Positions 7,621-15,340 of a stretch of 64,000 bases of DNA are shown in pieces. Each line of letters starts with the position of its first letter. The stretch's first letter is position 1. The notes below the pieces were generated by a model. The model did not search any database. It was not told where the DNA came from and was given only the letters and a program-made list of their open reading frames with translations. The stretch is from Patescibacteria group bacterium. GTDB lineage: Bacteria > Patescibacteriota > Patescibacteriia > UBA9934 > GWF2-40-263. A program made the translations under genes and the position numbers. The DNA lies in NCBI GenBank assembly GCA_004297215.1, contig SCUM01000002.1, positions 6,270 to 70,269 of the forward strand. Reading direction: 5' to 3'.

Positions 7621-9024
7621 TCACGTCACCTTCACGAGGTCGTATCCCGCCCCGTGGACGCCGCCCGATACCAGGGCGACGCGATCCCCTTTCCTGATGC
7701 GCTTGGCCGCCTTCAGCGCCTTGAGCGCGCGCGCGGCGAAGGTCTTCCCCGAGCCCGCCTTCAGGACGAACGGGCGCACGCCCCACCGGAGATTCGCCTG
7801 CCTGGCGAGCGCGTCGCTGGGGACCGCCAGATGGAGCGGGACCTGCGCCCGCGCGCCCAAGAGCCGTTCGGCGTCCCGGAAGAGTTCCACGCTCGAAAGC
7901 ACGGCGTCGATGCGACGGCCGACGGCGGCGTCGGCGAGCGCATGCGTGAGCGGGGGGTCGAAATCGGTGCCGGGCTGGTCCTCGTGGCGCACGTCGTCGA
8001 ACCGCGAGGCTTCCGCCTCCGTGGCGATCGCCTGCATGGCCGCGACCGCCTCACGCGGATACTTGCCCGTGGCCGACTCGCCGGAAAGCATCACGGCATC
8101 GGCATGGTCGCATACGGCGTTCGCCACGTCGCTCGCCTCGGCGCGGGTGGGCCGCGGGTTGCGGATCATGCTGTCGAGCATCTGGGTGGCGACGATGACC
8201 GGCTTGCCTGCCGCGCGGCAGGCCTCGATGATCTCCTTTTGGCGGACCGGCACTTCGGCGGCGGGAATTTCCACCCCGAGGTCGCCGCGCGCCACCATCA
8301 CCGCGTCCGTTTCCGCGAGGATCTCCGCGAATCGGCGCACGGCCTCGTGTTTTTCGATCTTCACCACGATGCGGGGGGGCGTTTTCCCTTTCGGGAGCGC
8401 TTTCGCGATAAGGGAACGCAGCGTCCGCACGTCCTTCGGGTCGGTGACGAACGAGAGGGCGACGAATTCCACGCCGGCCTTCACGGCGAAAGCGAGGTCT
8501 TCCTTGTCCTTGTCCGTGATTGGCGACACGCGCAGGGTGGAATCCGGGAAATTCATCCCCTTGTGCGAGGTGACCCTCCCGCCGTTCACCACGGAGGCGG
8601 TGAGGACGCGCCCGGAGACGCCCGTGACCTTCACCTCGATGAGCCCGTCGTCGATGAGCAGGCGCGCGCCGGCCTTCACGTCCTTATGCAACCCCTTGTA
8701 CGTGACCGGGAGCGGGCCGCCGGCGCGGTACGCGTCGACGGCCGTGGAAAACCGGACGCGGCTCTTCGCCTTGAGCTCCACTCCGGCCTCGGGGAGCACG
8801 CCCAGGCGGATCTTGGGCCCTTGCAGGTCGGCAAGCGCCGCGACGGGCAGGCCGACCTCGCGCGCCGCTTCCCGGATCATCGCGAGATAGGCGCGATGGC
8901 TCGCGTGCGTGCCATGCGACAGGTTGAGGCGGGCCACGGCCATGCCGCCCTTCATCATGGAGCGGAGGATGGCGGGCTTGGCGCTCGAGGGCCCGATGGT
9001 GCAGACGATCTTGGTGCGGGACAT
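7621..9024 (-). CDS. pyk: pyruvate kinase
   Basis: MSRTKIVCTIGPSS..., the conserved PK N-terminus. The longer ORF running to 9075 is probably an N-terminal artefact. Confidence 0.9.
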   Translation of the reverse strand: MSRTKIVCTIGPSSAKPAILRSMMKGGMAVARLNLSHGTHASHRAYLAMIREAAREVGLPVAALADLQGPKIRLGVLPEAGVELKAKSRVRFSTAVDAYRAGGPLPVTYKGLHKDVKAGARLLIDDGLIEVKVTGVSGRVLTASVVNGGRVTSHKGMNFPDSTLRVSPITDKDKEDLAFAVKAGVEFVALSFVTDPKDVRTLRSLIAKALPKGKTPPRIVVKIEKHEAVRRFAEILAETDAVMVARGDLGVEIPAAEVPVRQKEIIEACRAAGKPVIVATQMLDSMIRNPRPTRAEASDVANAVCDHADAVMLSGESATGKYPREAVAAMQAIATEAEASRFDDVRHEDQPGTDFDPPLTHALADAAVGRRIDAVLSSVELFRDAERLLGARAQVPLHLAVPSDALARQANLRWGVRPFVLKAGSGKTFAARALKALKAAKRIRKGDRVALVSGGVHGAGYDLVKVT

Positions 9025-9035
9025 GTGGGGATAGT

Positions 9036-9180
9036 GTAGAGGAAAAACTTGAAACGTGAAAACTTGAAGGGCCAAAGGAGACGTGAAAGGACGAAGGATG
9101 AAAGACGAAGTTTTAACCTTCGTCCTTCAGGGTTTCGAAACCCTTTGGTCCTTCAAGTTTTGGTTCTTCAAGTTTTCGTC
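9036..9180. repeat. AT-richer palindromic intergenic element, family 2 (ACTTGAA/TTCAAGT arms with central hairpins)
   Basis: AAAACTTGAAGG...CCTTCAAGTTTT outer arms, an inner GGACGAAGG/CCTTCGTCC hairpin, and the perfect 16-mer palindrome AGGGTTTCGAAACCCT, between ftsZ and pyk. Confidence 0.5.
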
Positions 9181-9184
9181 CACC

Positions 9185-10480
9185 CTACATCATCTTCTTC
9201 CTGATGAACGCCGGGATCTCCATGTCGTCCTCTTCCGCCACGGGTTTGGGCATCTGGGGCGGCGGGGGGATGAAGGGCTTGGGGGCCGGCTTCGAGGGAG
9301 GCCGAGGCTCCGGGCGCGACTCTTCCGCGGGCGGCAGCGGGGCGGGCATGGCCGGCTTCGGAGGCGGGCTAAACGCGTTCACGCGGGGCTTGCCCGTAAG
9401 GCGGTCCTCCTCGCGCGGGCGCAGGAAGGTGCTGGGCGTCCAGGTGCCTTGAGAGGCGACCTCGACGGCGCCGGGCGCCGTGAGCCGGCGGTCGCGGCTG
9501 TCGAAGCCGGTGGCGACCACGGTGATGCGGATCTCCTCCTTGAGCCCGTCGTCGATGTTGGCGCCGAAGATGACCTTGGCGTCCTCGTCGGCCGCGCCGG
9601 TGATGATCTTCGCGGCCTCGGCCACCTCGTGCATGCCCAGGTCCTTGCCTCCGGTGATGGTGAACAGGATCCCCTTGGCCCCGTCGATGGACAGTTCCAA
9701 AAGCGGGCTCGCGATCGCCTGCTTGGCCGCTTCCGCGGCGCGGTTCTCGCCCGTGGAGCGCCCGATGCCCATGAGCGCCGAGCCGGAACGCTCCATGATG
9801 GCCTTCACGTCGGCGAAGTCCACGTTGATGAGGCCGGGAATGGTGATGAGCTCGGCGATCCCCTGCACGCCCTGGCGCAGCACGTCGTCGACCACGGCGA
9901 ACGCCTCGATGAGCGAGGTCTTCTTGTCGATGATCTGGAGCACCCGGTCGTTGGGGATGGTGATGATGGCGTCCACGTGCTGGATGAGCCGGTCGAACCC
10001 CTCCTCGGCGATGCGTCGGCGCTGCGCCCCCTCGAAGGAGAACGGCTTGGTGACCACGGCCACGGTGAGCGCGCCGAGCTCCTTGCAGATCTTCGCGACC
10101 TCCGGGATGGCGCCCGTGCCGGTCCCGCCGCCCAGCCCGCAGGTGAGGAACACCATGTCGGCGCCCTCGATGGCCGCGCGGATCTCGGCCGCGTTCTCTT
10201 CGGCCGCGCGCATGCCGACCTCCGGGTTCATGCCGGCGCCCAGGCCGCGCGTGAGCGTCTTGCCGATCGCGATGCGGTTCGATGCCAGGTTCTGGTTGAG
10301 CGCCTGCACGTCGGTGTTGATCGCGATGAAATCCACCCCCTTGATCTTCTCGCTGATCATGCGCGTGACCGCGGCGCTTCCGCCCCCGCCGATGCCGGCC
10401 ACCTTGATGCGGGCGAACGTCTCGATGTCGGGCTTCACCTCTGCCATACGGGTCATGTCATGGTGGTTCAGGTTGAACAC
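9185..10480 (-). CDS. ftsZ: cell division protein FtsZ
   Basis: IKVAGIGGGGSAAVTRM tubulin-like GTPase signature. The start could be one of several nearby Met codons. Confidence 0.95.
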   Translation of the reverse strand: MFNLNHHDMTRMAEVKPDIETFARIKVAGIGGGGSAAVTRMISEKIKGVDFIAINTDVQALNQNLASNRIAIGKTLTRGLGAGMNPEVGMRAAEENAAEIRAAIEGADMVFLTCGLGGGTGTGAIPEVAKICKELGALTVAVVTKPFSFEGAQRRRIAEEGFDRLIQHVDAIITIPNDRVLQIIDKKTSLIEAFAVVDDVLRQGVQGIAELITIPGLINVDFADVKAIMERSGSALMGIGRSTGENRAAEAAKQAIASPLLELSIDGAKGILFTITGGKDLGMHEVAEAAKIITGAADEDAKVIFGANIDDGLKEEIRITVVATGFDSRDRRLTAPGAVEVASQGTWTPSTFLRPREEDRLTGKPRVNAFSPPPKPAMPAPLPPAEESRPEPRPPSKPAPKPFIPPPPQMPKPVAEEDDMEIPAFIRKKMM

Positions 10481-10522
10481 GTTATGTGTTCAAAATCCGC
10501 TGTCTTAAGCGAAATCTGTGTA

Positions 10523-10551
10523 ACTTTAGTGGCCAAGGAGTGGAGTGTCAA
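10523..10551 (-). promoter_or_regulatory. candidate ftsZ promoter (TTGACA-17-TAAAGT on the minus strand)
   Basis: Reverse-complement of 10546-10551 is TTGACA and of 10523-10528 is TAAAGT, spaced 17 nt apart, directly downstream of the ftsA terminator. Confidence 0.45.
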
Positions 10552-10555
10552 GAAA

Positions 10556-10590
10556 GAAAAAACCCCGCCTTTCTCGAAAGGCGGGGCCCT
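10556..10590 (-). terminator. rho-independent terminator after ftsA
   Basis: On the minus strand CCCCGCCTTTC-GAGA-AAGGCGGGG followed by TTTTTTCTTTCTT. Confidence 0.65.
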
Positions 10591-10596
10591 TTTCCG

Positions 10597-11859
10597 CTAA
10601 GGCTTCATCGAGCCGAACATTTTCTTGAAAATTGACCCCAGCTTATCCACACCGCGCATCTTCCCAAACAGTTTCCCGAGCCCGCTGCGCGCGTCTCCGG
10701 TCCCGCGGACGTGCTGTCCCCACAGTACGAGCCCGATGGCCGTGGAAAGCGCCGGATCGCCGGCGCGGTCGATGACCGAGGAAATCCCGATAGGGGTGCC
10801 GATCGCGGCAGGCAGGCGCAGCACGGCCTTGGCCGCGTCGAGGATCCCGGCAAGGCGCGCGCCGCCTCCGGTGAGCACCACGCCGGCCGGAAGCATCCCG
10901 CTGCGGTCCACCTTGGCGAGCTCGCGGTCCACCATCTCGAAGATCTCCTGCACGCGGGCCTCTGCAATCTCCGCCACGAACCGGCGGCTCACCATCTCGT
11001 CCTCGGCGGCTCCCACGTCGGCGAGATTCACCTCTTCTTTCTTGTGCACGTCCTCGGGCATGCAGGTGCCAAAGTGGAGCTTGACCTGCTCGGCGACCTC
11101 GATGGAGGTGCGCAGGCCGATGGCGATGTCCGACGTCACGTGGTCGCCGCCCAAGGGAAGCACGGCCGTGTGGCGCACGTCCCCTTCCTCATACAGGGCA
11201 AGGCTGGTGGTGCTTGCCCCGATGTTCACCACGCACACGCCAAGCTCGCGCTGCCGATCGGTGACGACCGCCTCGGAGGTGGCGAGGATGGAAAACACCA
11301 GGTCCTCGATGTCGAGCCCGGTGCGGTACACGCATTTGGTGAGGGTGCGGATCTGGCTCGACAGCCCTTCGATGATGAGGGCATCCACCTCGAGGCGGAT
11401 GCCGTTCATGCCGACCGGATCCTTGATGCCGCGCTGACCGTCCACGATGAAGCTCTTGGGGATCACGTGGATGATCTCGTAATTGGTTGGGGTCGCCACG
11501 GTGCGGGCGGCCTCGATGGCGCGCTCCACGTCTTCATCCCTGATTTCCCCGTCGCTGCGCCCGACGCCCACCACCCCTCGGCTCTCCTGGGCGATGATGT
11601 GGCTCCCCGAAATGCCGACCCACGCGGAAGACACCGGCACGCCCGTGATGCGCTCGGCTTGCTCAAGCGCCTTGGAGACGCTCGAAACCGCGTCTTCGAG
11701 GTTGGTGACCGTCCCCTTGGCGATGCCAGAAGAAGGCACCTCCACGGCGCCGATCACGTGCATCTGTACCTTTCCGCCCGGGGCGGGCACCGGCTTCCCC
11801 ACCGCCACGCGGATGCTTTGGGAGCCGATGTCCAATCCAGCGTAAATTTCATCCGCCAT
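10597..11859 (-). CDS. ftsA: cell division protein FtsA
   Basis: Begins MADEIYAGLDIGSQSIRVAVG; actin-like ATPase, positioned upstream of ftsZ. Confidence 0.9.
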   Translation of the reverse strand: MADEIYAGLDIGSQSIRVAVGKPVPAPGGKVQMHVIGAVEVPSSGIAKGTVTNLEDAVSSVSKALEQAERITGVPVSSAWVGISGSHIIAQESRGVVGVGRSDGEIRDEDVERAIEAARTVATPTNYEIIHVIPKSFIVDGQRGIKDPVGMNGIRLEVDALIIEGLSSQIRTLTKCVYRTGLDIEDLVFSILATSEAVVTDRQRELGVCVVNIGASTTSLALYEEGDVRHTAVLPLGGDHVTSDIAIGLRTSIEVAEQVKLHFGTCMPEDVHKKEEVNLADVGAAEDEMVSRRFVAEIAEARVQEIFEMVDRELAKVDRSGMLPAGVVLTGGGARLAGILDAAKAVLRLPAAIGTPIGISSVIDRAGDPALSTAIGLVLWGQHVRGTGDARSGLGKLFGKMRGVDKLGSIFKKMFGSMKP

Positions 11860-11891
11860 ACGCGTGTCACCAGTATACCCGCGGGAAGGCC

Positions 11892-12257
11892 CTAGAACAA
11901 GGTCGAAAGCCTCGGGACGAAGATGACCAGGCCGACCACGGCCGCCACCAGGGACGCGATGAGCACCGTGGCGGCCATGATGTCCTTGATGTCCCCCACC
12001 ACCGGGTGCAGGCGCGGCTTGAAGCCGTCCACGATGCGCTCGAACACGCTGTTCACCAGTTCCAAGGTGAGCACCGCGCCGATGAGCAGGACGAGGAGGA
12101 TGAATTCCGTCGTACGCACGTGCAGGACGAGCGCCGAGGCGACGACCGCCAGGCCGGCGATCGCCTGCAGGCGAAAGCTTTGCTCGTCTCGAAACACCAC
12201 GCGGATGCCGTGCAGCGCGTAGCGGAAACTCTTGAACAGGCGGCGGATCTCGATCAT
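11892..12257 (-). CDS. dgkA: diacylglycerol/undecaprenol kinase (DgkA family)
   Basis: 121 aa with three TM helices; LELVNSVFERIVD matches the DgkA E..NSAIE..VD motif. Confidence 0.75.
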   Translation of the reverse strand: MIEIRRLFKSFRYALHGIRVVFRDEQSFRLQAIAGLAVVASALVLHVRTTEFILLVLLIGAVLTLELVNSVFERIVDGFKPRLHPVVGDIKDIMAATVLIASLVAAVVGLVIFVPRLSTLF

Positions 12258-12260
12258 AGC

Positions 12261-12337
12261 GAGGAAGGCGATGAAGGCGATGAAGGCCTCAGGCGGACAA
12301 GGCCTCAGGCGGACAAGGCCTCAGGCGTAAGGCGAGG
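12261..12337. repeat. family-1 palindromic repeat element (GGCCTCAGGCG core), three tandem cores
   Basis: ...gaaggcctcaggcggacaaggcctcaggcggacaaggcctcaggcgtaaggcgagg...; it overlaps the last about 10 codons and the TGA of ybeY. Confidence 0.6.
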
Positions 12338-12763
12338 ATTGATACCGAGCTTTGTGAGGATGCGCGCTTGGAGCGGGAACATCTTCTTCGCGTCCGAAGG
12401 GCGTTCGTGATCGTATCCAAACAGGTGGAGGACGCCATGCACGAGCAGGAACAGCACCTCGTCGCGCGCGGAATGCTTCATCTCCTTCGCCTGCCGAGCG
12501 GCCTGTTCGTAGCAAATAAGGACTTCCCCCGTTTCCGCCCTTTCCAGCCTTCCGAACGAAAGCACGTCCGTCACCTTGTCCGATCCGCGCCATTGCCTGT
12601 TGAGCGCGCGCATCTCCCGCTCGGACACGAACGCGATAGAAATCTCCGTATCTCTGCGAAGCCGCAACGCGGCGGACACCGCCTTGAGGGCCCGACCAAC
12701 GTCCGCTTCTTTGACGCGCTGCCCCCCTTTCAGGCGCGACTGGTTCAGTTCGAAATTTATCAT
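12305..12763 (-). CDS. ybeY: rRNA maturation endoribonuclease YbeY
   Basis: HGVLHLFGYDHE zinc motif. Start taken at the MINFEL... Met, since the longer ORF to 12838 looks like an artefact. Confidence 0.85.
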   Translation of the reverse strand: MINFELNQSRLKGGQRVKEADVGRALKAVSAALRLRRDTEISIAFVSEREMRALNRQWRGSDKVTDVLSFGRLERAETGEVLICYEQAARQAKEMKHSARDEVLFLLVHGVLHLFGYDHERPSDAKKMFPLQARILTKLGINPRLTPEALSA

Positions 12764-12854
12764 ATCCTGTCTTTGCGAGGAGGTCCTCAGACCGACGAAG
12801 CAATCTCCCGGGAGGTTGCTTCGTCGCCTGGACGGCATGCTCCTCGCAAAGACG

Positions 12855-13796
12855 TTATTTTCCCATCACGCTATTGATCATCATCTCAAAGGTCTTCGCG
12901 TAATCGACCGTCCCCTTGATGCCGAGGTCGTAGGCGAAGACAAGCGTCGTTGTCGCGTCCAGATCGACGGATACCGTCCTCCCGTCACTCGAACGATGGG
13001 CCGTGAGTCCGTTCTTCGTGGTAAAGACGGTCGCGTCCGGAGGCATCTGCAGGACATCTGGTCCGGCGACGCTCACGCGCTCGCCGGTCATCGCGGAAAA
13101 ATCCCCGATGAAACCCGAATCGGCCGTGTTCGCCCATCCTACCGGAAACAGGAACGAGTAGGTGCCGCCGTCATACGCCTTCACCACTCCCGCTTCGAAC
13201 AGCGTCCTTGGCGCGACGGCGGCCGGGTTGTAGCGGTTCTCCACCTCCAGGCCGTCGACGTACCCGTCCGCGTCGGTGTCCGGCCTGTTCGGATCGGAGA
13301 CGTAAATCAGGTTTTCCTCAAGGTCGCTCAATCCGTCCCCGTCCGTGTCGGCGCCCGGGACGGCGGTGGATGGCGTCGGCTCGGGAGCCGGTTCGGGTTC
13401 GGGGGGAGGTTCGGGCGCGGGTTGCGGGATCGGCTCCGGCGCGGGAACCGGACGTGGAGCGGGCTGTGTCGGTTCGGAGACTTGCGGTCGGGTGATGAAA
13501 TAGGCACCGATCCCAAGGCCGAGGATGAGCAGGACGCCGGCGATGATGAGCGCCTTGTTGGGACCGGCCTTGCGCTTGGGGACAGGCTTGCCTGTGGGCG
13601 CAGGCGGCTTTGGAGGAGGGGGCGGGGCGATGACCTTCGTCGGCGGGGGCGGCGCCGGAGGCTTCGGCTGGGCCATCGGCTGGGCTCCGCCGCGGTACTT
13701 TTCCGGCATCACGAACATGGCCGGCATGGGACGTGCCGTGGCCGGAGTCGCTCCGGGAGGAGTCTGCAGCGGTTGCGGAGGCTGTGGCGCGGCCAT
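12855..13796 (-). CDS. hypothetical membrane protein: Pro-rich N-region, one TM helix, thrombospondin-type-3-like DxDxDG calcium-binding repeats
   Basis: TM helix ALIIAGVLLILGLGIGAYFI; DTDGDGLSD and DTDADGYVDGLEV repeats. Confidence 0.6.
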   Translation of the reverse strand: MAAPQPPQPLQTPPGATPATARPMPAMFVMPEKYRGGAQPMAQPKPPAPPPPTKVIAPPPPPKPPAPTGKPVPKRKAGPNKALIIAGVLLILGLGIGAYFITRPQVSEPTQPAPRPVPAPEPIPQPAPEPPPEPEPAPEPTPSTAVPGADTDGDGLSDLEENLIYVSDPNRPDTDADGYVDGLEVENRYNPAAVAPRTLFEAGVVKAYDGGTYSFLFPVGWANTADSGFIGDFSAMTGERVSVAGPDVLQMPPDATVFTTKNGLTAHRSSDGRTVSVDLDATTTLVFAYDLGIKGTVDYAKTFEMMINSVMGK

Positions 13797-13808
13797 GACG
13801 GAATTGAT

Positions 13809-14426
13809 TTACGGAGCGGCGGGCGGGGCCGACAGGAGCTTGCCGGGACCGTTCGGGTTGTAGCCGTTCTTCACCTCGTCGCCATCCTTGAACGTGTCGC
13901 CGTCAGTGTCGGGATTGAGCGGATCGGTCTTGTACGCCTCCATCTCTTCCCGGTCGAACAGGCCGTCGGCGTCCGAATCGGCCTCCACCGGGCTCGTGCC
14001 AAGTTGCGCCTCTTGCGCGTCGGTAAGTCCGTCCTTGTCCTGATCCGGCTCCGGCGACGCGGGAGGGGTCACCGCGGGCGCGGTCGGCGGCGCCGTGACG
14101 GCGGCGGGAGCGGCCGGAGCGACGGGCGTGCCGGTATCCTCGGACACGGCGTTCGACACGTCCGGGACGCCTGGCGTGGCGGGCGTGCGGGCCGAAAGAA
14201 GGAGGAACGACAATCCGGCGGCAGCGGCGATGACGAGGATCACGGCCAGGATGACGAGCACGGCCTTCCAGGGAAAGCCTCCGCCGCCCGACGTCGGTTC
14301 GTAGGATGCGGGCGCGACGGGCGCTGCCGGAGTTGGCGCGGCTTGTCGGGAGACTGCTGCCGGAGTTGGCGCTCCCGTTTCCGCAAACATGTCTTCGGGT
14401 TCGTCGAACATAGGATGTCGAGGCAT
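13809..14426 (-). CDS. hypothetical membrane protein, paralog of the adjacent genes (TSP3-like repeats, C-terminal GYNPNGPGKL)
   Basis: TM helix AVLVILAVILVIAAAAGLSFLLL; DQDKDGLTD, DSDADGLFD and DTDGDTFKDGDEVKNGYNPNGPGKL. Confidence 0.6.
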   Translation of the reverse strand: MPRHPMFDEPEDMFAETGAPTPAAVSRQAAPTPAAPVAPASYEPTSGGGGFPWKAVLVILAVILVIAAAAGLSFLLLSARTPATPGVPDVSNAVSEDTGTPVAPAAPAAVTAPPTAPAVTPPASPEPDQDKDGLTDAQEAQLGTSPVEADSDADGLFDREEMEAYKTDPLNPDTDGDTFKDGDEVKNGYNPNGPGKLLSAPPAAP

Positions 14427-14493
14427 GAAGGCCTCAGGCGTGAAGGCGTGAAGGATTTTCCTGAAGCCTTGTCCGCCTCAGGCCTTATCGCCT
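14427..14493. repeat. family-1 palindromic repeat element
   Basis: gaaggcctcaggcgtgaaggcgtgaagg...ccttgtccgcctcaggcctt, arranged as inverted arms. Confidence 0.6.
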
Positions 14494-14500
14494 AATGATA

Positions 14501-15337
14501 TCACAATTTCCCCGGACCATTGGGGTCGTACCCCGCCGCGACTTCGTCGCCGTCGTCGAACCCGTCGCCGTCGGTGTCGGATTTGGTGGGCGACGTGCCG
14601 TAGTCGCGTTCGGAAAGGACCGTGAGACCGTCATGGTCGCCGTCGGTTTCGGCAACGATGTCGAGGCAACGGTCCATGTCGGGTCCGGCCTGTTCGCACA
14701 ACGCCGGATCCCCGGCCGCGATGGCGGTTTCCGTCTGCTTCATCCCGTCGCAGGTTGCGGCATCCCCGCCGCGCGAGGCGCAATTGGCCGAAGTGGTGGG
14801 TTCGATCTGCTGCACGCAGGAGCTCCGATACCCTTCCCCCTTGATTGCCTCGCACCGGGCGACGTCGTGCGCGGCAACGGCCATGAGAAACGCCACGTTG
14901 TCGGCGCAGGTCCCGCGCAGTTCCGGATCTACCATCCCGTCACACAGGGCGGGATCCCCTTGCTCTTTGGCCACCGACCACAGGCAGCTGTCGCGCGCCT
15001 CCCCCGCGAGCGCATCGCACGGGTCCGACGAGGCGGCATTGGTCGCCAGCTCGGTGAGCTTCACTTTACGGCAACCGTCGGGATTCTTGGCCGCGTCGCA
15101 CTCCGCGGAGGTCGCCTCGATCTGCGATGGCGACACGGGCGCGGACGTCGGCCCAGCGCCTCGACGCAATGCGACGAACGCCACGACGGCGATCGCAAGC
15201 ACGACGGCGCCGACCGCGATGCCAATGACGATCGGACGGCGCGAAGGGGCCGGAGCCGGCGGCTCGACGTAGGATGTCGGGGCCGGAGCTGGCGCGTATG
15301 ACGGCGCAGGTTGCGTTTGGTACGTGTCGCCATTCAT
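14501..15337 (-). CDS. hypothetical membrane protein, third paralog (Cys-rich middle region, C-terminal DTDGDGFDDGDEVAAGYDPNGPGKL)
   Basis: TM helix IVIGIAVGAVVLAIAVVAFVAL; many paired Cys residues; C-terminal motif shared with the 13809 gene. Confidence 0.6.
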   Translation of the reverse strand: MNGDTYQTQPAPSYAPAPAPTSYVEPPAPAPSRRPIVIGIAVGAVVLAIAVVAFVALRRGAGPTSAPVSPSQIEATSAECDAAKNPDGCRKVKLTELATNAASSDPCDALAGEARDSCLWSVAKEQGDPALCDGMVDPELRGTCADNVAFLMAVAAHDVARCEAIKGEGYRSSCVQQIEPTTSANCASRGGDAATCDGMKQTETAIAAGDPALCEQAGPDMDRCLDIVAETDGDHDGLTVLSERDYGTSPTKSDTDGDGFDDGDEVAAGYDPNGPGKL

Positions 15338-15340
15338 ACG

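Noticed and set aside
7457-9039. Two about 470-aa plus-strand ORFs across pyk
   Set aside because: Antisense to a highly conserved pyruvate kinase; they are compositionally biased (Arg/Ala/Ser-rich) and have no start context.
12261-12337. Tandem short direct repeats (gacaaggcctcaggcg x3) considered as a possible CRISPR array
   Set aside because: The repeat units are only about 15 nt and are separated by 1-2 nt rather than 30-40-nt unique spacers. The same words recur singly at many loci as palindromic arms. No cas genes are present.
12576-14495. 639-aa plus-strand ORF
   Set aside because: Runs antisense through ybeY and the TSP3-repeat paralogs; it is extremely Arg/Gly-rich and read as spurious.
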